A stretch of 63,968 nucleotides of DNA, the filler included, from Octopus bimaculoides (taxonomy: Eukaryota), in assembly GCF_001194135.2 (NCBI RefSeq). It is 5 parts of 4 records of this genome, joined end to end, with 100 filler letters (N's around TTAATTAATTAA, not from the genome) between each part and the next. Parts side by side here need not be neighbours in the genome. Positions count along the whole stretch, not along the records: positions 35,210 to 60,535 come from NC_068984.1; 4 more parts are not named here. One strand, 5' to 3'. Position 1 is the stretch's first letter; each line of letters starts with the position of its first letter. A program made the position numbers and the translations under genes. A model generated the notes under the pieces. The model had not been told where the DNA came from, made no database searches, and was given only the letters and a program-made list of their open reading frames with translations. Shown piece after piece: positions 37,766 through 47,635 of the stretch.

Positions 37766-37837
37766 CTGCAGATGATGAAATCTTTCACGATGGTCTTCAT
37801 TACTTTTTGCTGCTGAAGTTATCCAGACCTGATGCAG
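37766..37837 (+). ncRNA. SNORD35-like box C/D snoRNA, copy 2
   Basis: One substitution from copy 1. All boxes, guide and stem intact. Confidence 0.85.
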
Positions 37838-38212
37838 TATTGCTTCATATAGCTTTCTGAAATGAATGTATGGAGTTAGAATACCTAGCATGTGTGTGTA
37901 GTTTCTGAGAAAGTATATAATTTTGCTTCACTGACAAGAGTTCATCTTAATTGTCTGAAAAATGTGTTATTGTATGTTCATTGTAAACAAACATGTATAT
38001 CACCTATTATCTTTGGAATCCTTTCATTGTCACATTCACTATTAAATTTTTACTAAGTGTAAATTGAAATATCTGATTCAAGCATTGTTGTTGAGACTGT
38101 TAGATACCACAATTTTGTAAAAATAAATTATTTCATAATATGTTAAGTATACATCAGGATGTATGGTAATTAGTGGAAATATTCTAGTGAATAAGTTTGA
38201 TGGCTTCAATAC

Positions 38213-38889
38213 TTTTGTTACCATATTTCTAACCAAAATGTGTTTCAATTAATTTCTAACATAATCATAAATTTAGTCTGGTTTCATTAAACAACTCTAA
38301 CGTTTTTATTTATCAACATATTAATGTTATTTTTGGAAGATAATTTAATGAAAGGTTCTCAATCAGTTTTATACCATAATTTTTGTCACAAAGTGACTCT
38401 AATTACAGGTAAATTCAACAAAATATAAAATTATTAAAATTTTTGTTCAAACATCGCTATAGAAATTGGGTTATTAGCTAATACTCAATTAAATATACAA
38501 CAAAATTTTATTATAGAAGAGTTGTGCACATTACTGGATTCGTCAGGTGAATTTAAACACAGAAAGACAGGTGTACCATAAAGGTATAAGTAAAATGAAA
38601 GACTGGAATCTGTCTGAAGAAAACTAGAAAATAAAATACACATACACCATCAACTAGATTAAATAAGCTCTCCCACATACGTAGATACAATAATGATTTA
38701 CAAAAGAAATTAAACAAAATTTGTCACTCTACATAATGCACATTGGAAAGTTGTTTCAACAGCCCTTCCACTAGGAGCTTTCCTTTTTTGATGAAGGCAT
38801 TCGCGACACTGCTTTTTGTGACCCTGGGTTTTTTTTCTAATTTATGGAGATCGGCTGAATTCAGAGGGATATCCCCTTGGCAGGCTTTG

Positions 38890-38921
<32 letters not shown>

Positions 38922-39960
38922 GAATAACCAGCTCTTAGTTGTGTTGCTGCATCTGCACAGAACTGCAGATGGTCGCATAGCTTTCAAGCCTGTCCCGATT
39001 TGGTATATAGTATAAACGCATTAGTAATACTCATATTTACTATATACCAAACCAGGTATCGCCACCATCGATTCCCTGATCTGCCAACTGGATAATAAGG
39101 CATCATCTGATTCAGCCAATCTACACCACCTATGTACCTGTTATAATAGACGTTCACAAATGGCGTGCCATTTTCATCCACATGTGGCTGTGCACAGGTA
39201 GACAAAATTAATCTGCCTCTTATCTCTGTATGTGGTCGCTAGCAAATTTCCTTTCTGCTGTTGAATTATTTCACCTTTTTTTTTTAATTTTGCTTTTTTT
39301 ATATCCAACGGCAGTCCTTTTCTACTAGCGATCACTGTAGCTCATGAATGTGTTGCCACAGTATCTAAATTCTCCGCAAGTTTGGCCGAACTGAAAAATC
39401 AGTCAAAAATTAATATACGGCCCTGGTTATGGTATGGAAGTGATAAATTCCAGACCACATCATACCCTAGGTCATGCTGACTTCTATAATTGTCTCTTTT
39501 GCCAGTATAAAATTCAAATCCAGAGCAGTACCCAGTATTTGATTCACAAATCTTCCAAACTTTGATCCCCCATTTTGTGGGCTTTCCTGGCATATACTGC
39601 CGGAAGCGTACTCTTCCTTTATACCCCACCATGCCCTCATCGACGGATAAGTATCTCAGGCTTGTGAAATGTTTTATATGTGTTTTGAACACAGTCAATG
39701 AGGGGTCTTATTTAAATATAGGATCAAAGTCTGGTTCTCCATGTACTGGTGTACTGCTTGTGTCTCTATGTAAATACTGAGTCAATTTCAAAAATCGTGT
39801 CCTCGTCATTATACTCAAGACATATTCATCTCCTCAGTAATTTATTATTCTGGGTAACTTTCTAATGCCCATGATAATATTTATAGCAAAATATCCTTCA
39901 ATTTCATTTAAGTGGGGAACCACAAACTGTCCTTTCTTACGCTTTGTTTACTTTTTGGGG
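38213..39960 (-). mobile_element. piggyBac (PGBD4-like) transposase relic, less deleted version
   Basis: Fragments LSVDEGMVGYKGRVRFRQYMPGKPTKWGIK, YNRYIGGVDWLNQM..RWWRYL and a decayed Cys-rich tail. The right-end sequence matches the other copies. Confidence 0.9.
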
Positions 39961-40061
39961 GCGGTTTGATAACTAAAAGGTTAGACATGAGATGGTGACT
40001 TAATTGGTATGGTTTATAATAGATGAGCTTGTTATGTTTTTATATGAATGTTGAAAGTAAT

Positions 40062-40133
40062 CTGCAGATGATGAAATCTTTCACGATGGTCTTCATTACT
40101 CTTTGCTGCTGAAGTTATCCAGACCTGATGCAG
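40062..40133 (+). ncRNA. SNORD35-like box C/D snoRNA, copy 3
   Basis: Identical to copy 1 over the 72 nt. Confidence 0.85.
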
Positions 40134-40703
40134 TATTGCTTTATATAGCTTTCGTGTGAAGTGAGCAAGTATATAATTTTGCTTCACAGACAAGATTCCA
40201 TCATGATTGAGATATGTAACATTGTGTGTTCATTGTAAACAAAGAGGTATACCACCTATCATCGTGTTGACAGGTACACTAGTCAATTTATATTCTTCTC
40301 TCTTTTGGAATCACTTGCCATTTTCGCTAAATTTTTTCCATTAATGTAAATTGAAACGTCTGATTTTAGCAAAGTCTGCTTGTCACTAGGATACAACACA
40401 TTTTTAAAAAATAAATCGTTTCATAATGCATTAGAAATTCATTGGGATATATGGTCTTAGATGTTGATACAATTCTTGAATAATTAGTGGAAATTCAGGA
40501 TCTTTTCTGTTTGCCTTCAATTTTTGAAAATCTTCAAATTTGGTATATAAATGTAATTCAAACTGAATTTGGTTCACATCTGAAATATGCTAGTAAATTA
40601 GTTTAATGACTTCAGTGCATTTATTAACATGATATGGTAATGTAATTGGTTAAGTTTATAATAGATAAGCTTGTAATATTTTCAAATGAATATTGAAAGT
40701 AAT

Positions 40704-40775
40704 CTGCAGATGATGAAATCTTTCACGATGGTCTTCATTACACTTTGCTGCTGAAGTTATCCAGACCTGATGCAG
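40704..40775 (+). ncRNA. SNORD35-like box C/D snoRNA, copy 4
   Basis: One substitution in the internal loop. Boxes and guide intact. Confidence 0.85.
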
Positions 40776-41339
40776 TATATTGCTTCATATAGCTTTCTGA
40801 AATGAATGTATGGAGTTGGAGTACCTAGCATGTGTGTGTAGTTTCTGAAAAAGTTTATAATTTTGCTTCACTGACAAGAGTTCATCTTAATTGTCTGAAA
40901 AATGTGTTATTGTATGTTCATTGTAAACAAACAAGTATACCACCAATCATCAAAAATAAGTGTTATCAGGTTCACTAGTCAATTTATATTCCCTCTTGGG
41001 AATCATTTGTCACATTCACTACTAAATTTTTACTATTGAGTGTAAATTGAAACGTCTGATTCAAGTAAAGTCTACCCATTATTGTTGAGTCTGTTGGATG
41101 CCAAATCTGAAGTCTATAATTTGTAAGAGTTAAAGCATCTTATATTTTGTAAAAATAAATTATGTATACATTGCGATGTATAGTCTTTGGATGTGGAGGA
41201 TACAATTCTTGACTAATTAGAAGTAATATTCTAGTGAATTAGTTTGATGGCTTCAATGCTTTTTTTCTTAAAAAAACAAGAGATGGTAACTTAATTGGTA
41301 AGTTTTATAATAGATGAGCTTATGAATATTGAAAGTAAT

Positions 41340-41411
41340 CTGCAGATGATGAAATAGTTCACGATGGTCTTCATTACTCTTTGCTGCTGAAGTTATCCAG
41401 ACCTGATGCAG
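41340..41411 (+). ncRNA. SNORD35-like box C/D snoRNA, copy 5
   Basis: Two substitutions just after the C box (aatagttcacg). Core guide TTCACGATGGTCT and boxes intact. Confidence 0.8.
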
Positions 41412-41424
41412 TATTGCTTTACAT

Positions 41425-42070
41425 GATCTTAATCCTTGCGCATTCAGATTACTTTGAATTAATCGTGCATTATCTTGCAACTTCGAAATTTCAATGATTG
41501 TTTATTTTAAGAATGGCATTGGTTTTAACCCTTTGGCATTTAAACTAACCAGTATCTGGTTTAACACCTACTCTACAATTTCATTCTATAAGTAATCACA
41601 TCATCAGAATGTCACTGTTACTTGATAATGCATAATTAATTAAAAAGTGTGAATAAATGGGCATTGCATTGACTGTAATCTGAAGGTAGAATATTATGGT
41701 TAGTTTAAATGTTGGAGTTATGGATTAAGTTTGAAGGGGGTGTTAAGATATCGCATTGTTTACCAAATGATATTTTTTTAGTTCTATGAAAAGTGAATAT
41801 AGGTTCTGTGTGGTATTGATCATATTATAGTTTATATAAACAGTTCAGTTTCACATATTGCATCACCTTAACATTTTGGTTACTTTGTCAAATGTAATGC
41901 TTATTTATCTTTGAATTAATCATGCATTATCTCGAAGCTTTGAAATGTCAGTGATGTGATTTATTTTTAGAATATTGTTGGGTAGGTTTAAGAGGCCAGA
42001 TCTGGCTGGTTTTAAACAAAACAAGTAGAATATTTGGATTAATATGGCCAGTTTAAATGCTAAAGGATTA
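41425..42070. mobile_element. Cluster of TTAA-type (piggyBac-like) MITE fragments
   Basis: Recurring tcaaatgtaatgcttatttat..gaattaatcatgcattatc..gccagtttaa..ctaaagg(g)ttaa. Further copies near 47445-47530, 50870-50975, 51130-51310, 52565-52735 and 54385-54570. Confidence 0.65.
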
Positions 42071-42287
42071 AATGGGAAAGATTGCCAAAGTATGTAAGAT
42101 GTGGTTTTGAATAATTAGGATACAGATTTATCCATTTGTTCTGTGATACAAACTTGTTTTAAAGTTATTTAATTTCATATCTTCCATCAAAATTTCTCAA
42201 TTTATATTCTCAATACAGCCTCATAATAAAGCATTTGCGTTTTTGATAATTTAATTAGTGTGTTTAAAAAATCTCCTTAATTTGCAG

Positions 42288-42463
42288 GCATCACCCGCAA
42301 AAGCAGAATTATAGATGTTGTATACAATGCCAGTAATAATGAGCTGGTGAGAATGAAAACTTTGGTAAAAAGTTGCATTGTAACAATTGATGGTACTCCT
42401 TTCCGACAATGGTATGAAGCTCATTATGCTCTGCCTCTGGGTAGGAAAAAAGGCGTGAAATTG
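42288..42463 (+). CDS. RPS8: 40S ribosomal protein S8 (eS8), internal exon, 176 bp
   Basis: tttgcag acceptor and gtaagt donor. Encodes [58 protein letters not shown]. Confidence 0.97.
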
Positions 42464-43259
42464 GTAAGTAATCTTGTACTCTGAACTTCAAAATTAAAAT
42501 GTGGTTGTCATCTATAGTGTTGCGATTTGTAACAACAGTTGAGTTACATGACTGCACTTATATCAAACATTGATATAGTTTTGCATGGTGATGAAAAAAT
42601 TGGATTAATGGTTTTAGCTAGTGCATTACAACCATTTACAGTTATGTAATTTTATGCCTATCAGAAGTCACAACTGACTTTTCATTATTGTTTACCTACA
42701 TGTTGACAATATATGAACGTTACAAAAACTTGAATGTCTTGAAAAGTATTCAAGTGAAGGATGGGGTTTCTCACTTGTGTTAGGCATTTAAAAGTTTTCA
42801 TACCTGAACAAAATCCAACTATACTGTAATAAATAGTATCTCAAATACTTCACCTGTTTTGTCTTGGTGTCAATACATGAGCTTGCAGAGATAGAAATCT
42901 ACTGCCACAATGCCATTTATTCCTTCACTTAAGGCGAGTACTTTCTGTATTTTGAATGTGCGTCCTGTTTTTCAAAGTGGCAAACTTGATACTGTGGCTC
43001 ACCATTCTATGCTGGTATTTCTGGAATATGCAAGTGTACTTGTCAAAGGTTGCTGTTAATCAGTGTTGATGACGGAATCAGTCATCACACCCAGCAATAT
43101 AAAAACAAAACTTTATTTATGAAAAAATCTGTATAGCAACTGGGGTCAAAATCAAAATTTGATTATGACCTTTGGGATCTTGTAATTAGTAAGGACAGTT
43201 TTTACATACCTGCATTGTTGCATATCACAGCTGACTGTACAGGGAATTGTAGTATTCAT

Positions 43260-43351
43260 TTGGAAAGAGATTGCGTGATGAATAATTAAGCCATCTTTCG
43301 GCTGAAATTTAATGTTGTACAATTTTTGAAATTCTGATAATCTCTTTCCAA
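43260..43351 (+). ncRNA. Box C/D snoRNA, SNORD51/SNORD32/snR39-like, copy 1
   Basis: 13-bp terminal stem ttggaaagagatt/aatctctttccaa, C box GTGATGA, D CTGA. Guide CCATCTTTCGG before D' CTGA complements LSU CCGAAAGAUGG. Confidence 0.85.
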
Positions 43352-43839
43352 TAAAGACTTAGGGTAAGTTAATTGACTATTTGAATCTGGAATTTTTTTT
43401 TTTTTTTTTTTTTTTTTTTTCCCCTTTTATTTAATTTCAACAAAACAAGTGGGTGTTCTTGGCTTGCTTTGCTTAGTTCATTTTCAAAGAATCAGTTTTT
43501 ATATTTTGTCATTAATTAGATATGTGTAACTAGTGACGGCAGTAAGGCCTGTCATTTTCATTCGCTAGTTAAAATAAATTACTTATACACAGAGCAGGAT
43601 TTATTGTGGTGTCTCGTCTTAGATCTTGTGACTTCATGTATTTTTGTATTTATTTTGCAGATAGTTTCTATAACACTCTTACTGCTTGTGATTTTCAGAT
43701 CCTATCATGATTTATTCTCTGTGTTCAATTTGTAGTGGTTCAATAAATTGCTGGTTTTTTTTAAATCAAAAATGTTGTTATATCAGTGAATTGAGCATGT
43801 TTGGAACAGAACTGATGACATAAGTATTACACTGGTTTT

Positions 43840-43930
43840 TGGATGGAGACTTTATGATGATTTTTTTAAAGCCATCTTTCGGCTGAACCAGAATGATGTA
43901 TAATTTTCCAAATTCTGATGGTCCCTTCCA
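43840..43930 (+). ncRNA. SNORD51-like snoRNA, copy 2
   Basis: C box ATGATGA, same guide and D', C' ATGATG, D CTGA. Different terminal stem (tggatggagac/gtcccttcca). Confidence 0.8.
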
Positions 43931-44174
43931 AATAGTTTAAAATTTTATGCTAGAGGAAGAACTTGGTAGTCACTTTATATTGTCCTCAGTTCCCTGTGTT
44001 GCATTGTTATTAAAATGGGAATTTGTTTAGAAGTCAACTGGATATAAATTAGATTCTATTTTTATATTGTTACAAGAGAGCTTTTGTGTTTTGTGGCCAA
44101 TGAGGTTGTCTTCAAATTAGGGGGAGAAATCATCTTTGTTTATACAAATACGTGTTTGAAATGTCTGTATTTTG

Positions 44175-44264
44175 CCAAAAGCAGAATGATGAACATATAA
44201 ACTGTAATTGCTAGTTGTATAGTCATGATGCCAGTATGTCATAGTTACACTGACTGCTTTTTGG
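44175..44264 (+). ncRNA. Box C/D snoRNA, SNORD46(U40/U46)-like, copy 1
   Basis: Stem ccaaaagcag/ctgctttttgg and C box ATGATGA. Guide GTCATAGTTAC-A-CTGA complements LSU GUAACUAUGAC. Confidence 0.85.
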
Positions 44265-44360
44265 TATATTTTTCTGAAACATTTCTTCCACATTTGACTT
44301 AGTTTGTTTGAACAAGAAAAAGTTTTGTCATGCTTTGTTTATTCAAATACAGTTTGCTTG

Positions 44361-44447
44361 CCAAAAGTAGAATGATGAATATATATATATATATGCTAAA
44401 TGTTTGGTCTGATACCAGTATGTCATAGTTACTTAGGCTGTGTTTGG
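44361..44447 (+). pseudogene. Decayed SNORD46-like copy
   Basis: C box and guide GTCATAGTTAC retained, but D box replaced by TTAG and terminal stem eroded. Confidence 0.7.
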
Positions 44448-44453
44448 TATGTT

Positions 44454-45850
44454 TTTGTTACCATATTTCTAACCAAATTACACCCCTTATGTGTTTCAAT
44501 TAATTTCTAACATAATCATAAATTTAGTCTGGTTTCATTAAACAACTCTAACGTTTTTATTTATCAACATATTAATGTTATTTTGTGGAAGATAATTTAA
44601 CGAAAGGTTCTCAACCAATTCTATACCAAAATTTTTGTCACAAAGTGACTCTAATTACAGGTAAATTCAACAAAATATAAAATTATTTAATTTTTGTTCA
44701 AACATTGCTATAGAAAATGGGTTATTAGCTAATATTCAATTGGGTATGCAACAAAATATTATAGAAGAGTTGTGCACATTACTGGATTCATTACTGTCTC
44801 TTTTGCCAGTATAACATTCAAATCCAGAGCAGTACCCACTATTTGATTCACAAATCTTCCAAACGTGGGCTTTCCTGGCATATATTGTCGAAAACGCACT
44901 CTGCCTTTATAGCCCACCATATCCTCATCTATAAACTGTTTTATATGTGTTTTGAACACAGTCAATGAGGGGTCTTATTATAAATAAGGGATCAAAGTCT
45001 GGTTTTCCACGTACTGCTCGTGTCTATTACATGTAGATATTGAGTTAATTTTAAAAACCGTATCCTCATCATTATACTTGAGACATATTCGTCTCCAAAG
45101 GGTTCATCACTACTCCAGTAATTTGTTATTCTAGGTAACTTTCTAATGCCCATAATATTTATGGCAAAATATGCCTTAATTTCATTCAAGTTTGTGGGAA
45201 ACCACAAACTATCCTTTTTTACNNNNNNNNNNNNNNNNNNNNNNNNNNNNNNNNNNNNNNNNNNNNNNNNNNNNNNNNNNNNNNNNNNNNNNNNNNNNNN
45301 NNNNNNNNNNNNNNNNNNNNNNNNNNNNNNNNNNNNNNNNNNNNNNNNNNNNNNNNNNNNNNNNNNNNNNNNNNNNNNNNNNNNNNNNNNNNNNNNNNNN
45401 NNNNNNNNNNNNNNNNNNNNNNNNNNNNNNNNNNNNNNNNNNNNNNNNNNNNNNNNNNNNNNNNNNNNNNNNNNNNNNNNNNNNNNNNNNNNNNNNNNNN
45501 NNNNNNNNNTCTTTTTTTTTTTTTTTGCAGTTACAGAGTTAGATTTATCAAGGTCTTCAACGGAAGATCCTTCGAGTTCTGACTCTGCTTGACAGAATAA
45601 AATTCGTAACCATTTTTTTGTCAGGATTACAAATTTTGAAAACACAACAGGATTACAAATATTGAAAAAAATCTCTCAAAATTCACAAAATTAAAAAAAC
45701 ACGTCGATCGTCATACAAAACTATAGCTGAACTGTTTACACAAATATTCACGTGTTTTCACGAATGTACTAACGAGATTTGCTTGGATATTCTCATTTAA
45801 ATATGAATAGGTGATTACGGGTGGTTTTGGGCGGTTTGGTAACGAAAGGG
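44454..45850 (-). mobile_element. Non-autonomous piggyBac inside an RPS8 intron
   Basis: Left end CCCTTTCGTTACC next to TTAA (45851-45854). Transposase remnants FAINIMGIRKLPRITNYWS and MVGYKGRVRFRQYMPGKP. Right end decayed at about 44454. Confidence 0.9.
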
Positions 45851-45899
45851 TTAAACCAGAAAAGTTTGTGCTTTGTTTAGACAAATACAATTTTATTTG

Positions 45900-45990
45900 C
45901 CAAAAGCAGAATGATGACCATATATATGCTGTAGTAGCTAAATGTTTAGCTATGGTGCCAGTATGTCATAGTTACACTGACTGCATTTGG
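45900..45990 (+). ncRNA. SNORD46-like snoRNA, copy 3
   Basis: Stem ccaaaagcag/ctgcatttgg, C box ATGATGA, guide GTCATAGTTACA and D CTGA intact. Confidence 0.85.
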
Positions 45991-46330
45991 TATAATTCTT
46001 GATGTTTTTCCTCTCCTCCTCTTCCTCAGTTGGTCTTTATTCAGGATGGGTGCAGAGTAAGCTTCCTCCAGAAATATTACCTTTTCATTCAACTTTAAGA
46101 TAGATGTTGAGGACTCCATTGAATCTAGATAGCAACAGATTTTTTTTTTTTTCTGCATAATTATTCTGAAATATTGTTCACACATTTATTATGGAGGGTT
46201 GTGCATATCATTACTTCACCATTTTTCTAATGTCTGGGTGGTGATTTTCCATGTGATGTTTGGTAGAAATCTGTTTTGTGTATAATGATTGTGACCTGGT
46301 TTAATGTATATTTTGTTAAAACCTTTATAG

Positions 46331-46460
46331 ACAGAACAAGAAGAATCTGTTCTTAACAAAGTGCGTTCACGGAAAAATCAAAGAAAATACACATTACGGC
46401 GAAAGACAGCTAAAGTTGAACCAGCTCTTCAAGAAGAATTCATGACTGGTCGATTATTAG
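46331..46460 (+). CDS. RPS8: RPS8 internal exon, 130 bp
   Basis: tatag acceptor and gtaagt donor. Encodes TEQEESVLNKVRSRKNQKKYTLRRKTAKVEPALQEEFMTGRLL, in phase with neighbours. Confidence 0.95.
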
Positions 46461-46805
46461 GTAAGTATTATTTTGCATGTTTCGGTCATTGAGTTGCAAC
46501 TATGCTGCAGTGCCTCATTCAAGAGTTCTTTTTAGTCGAACAAACTCCACTGCTTATCAGTCTCTTACATTTTTATTTTGACTGAGTTGCTGATTTACTG
46601 GAGCATAAGCAAATGCATATACGTGTGCATATGCATGTTTTGTATAGTGACATTGCTGTGTTTGGTATCATGTATCTATACAGCAACTGAGGTCAAAACA
46701 AATCTAATTGTTAGCATTAGAGTTTTGTGAAAGGGTAATTGTGTTAAGTACTTGCACTGATGCAAATCACAGCTGACTGACTATGGAGAATTGGGGTATA
46801 TTTGT

Positions 46806-46898
46806 TTGGGATAGAGATTCTATGATGAATAATTAAGCCATCTTTCGGCTGAAATTTAATGTTGTACAAATTTCAAAATTCTGATAATCTCTTTCCAA
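46806..46898 (+). ncRNA. SNORD51-like snoRNA, copy 3 (last RPS8 intron)
   Basis: Nearly identical to 43260-43351 including boxes, guide and terminal stem. Confidence 0.85.
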
Positions 46899-47157
46899 TT
46901 ATGAATTATGCTAAGTTAATTGATAGAGAATTTGAATGAATTAGAAGTGTGGTATATCTGCATGAGTAGTTATGCTTGACATAACCTGATTTAACTTTGA
47001 AGAATTTTGATTATATAGATACGTGTTTCACTATAAATTTGTGTAGTGCCATTGATAGAGCATTTTGTAAAACGATTTGTTGAACAATCTAAATTAGGAA
47101 ATGTAGTGGGGGTTTTTTTTCTGTTTATTAAAGGTTTTTTTTTATTATTCTTTGCAG

Positions 47158-47267
47158 CAAAAATCACTTCACGACCAGGTCAATATGGTAAATCCGATGG
47201 TATTGTACTTGAAGGAAAAGAACTTGAATTTTATATGAGGAAGATCAAGGCGAAGAAAGGGAAATAG
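47158..47267 (+). CDS. RPS8: RPS8 terminal coding exon
   Basis: tttgcag acceptor. Encodes (A)[35 protein letters not shown] followed by TAG. Confidence 0.97.
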
Positions 47268-47388
47268 TTGTCTCGAGTGGAATGTTGCCTATATTTATGG
47301 GAAATCAGGGTATTCCTTGATCTCCTGCTGTGAAAGTGGTCATTCTTTCTGTTGGAATGTCTGTCAGAGATATTACAAAAATTGGGCA

Positions 47389-47394
47389 AATAAA
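47389..47394 (+). terminator. Probable RPS8 polyadenylation signal AATAAA
   Basis: About 120 nt after the stop, followed by GT/T-rich sequence. Confidence 0.7.
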
Positions 47395-47635
47395 GCACAA
47401 TTGTTAAGTGATATGATTCTCTTGTAATTATTTGGTATCAGTATTCCTTTAACCCCTTAGTGTTTTAACTGGTTGAAACTGGCCAGATCTGCCTCCTCAT
47501 ACTTATCCTACAATGTTAACACTTTCATTACTGTATTTCTAACCAAAATATACCCCTTATGTATTTCAATTATTTCTAAAATAGTCATAAATTTGAACTG
47601 GTTTCATTAAAAAAACATATTTCTCAACATGTTAA

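Noticed and set aside
35210-47400. Search for homologues of other human RPS8-hosted snoRNAs (SNORD38, SNORD55)
   Set aside because: Their guide sequences as I recall them were not found by eye. They could lie in the missing 5' introns.
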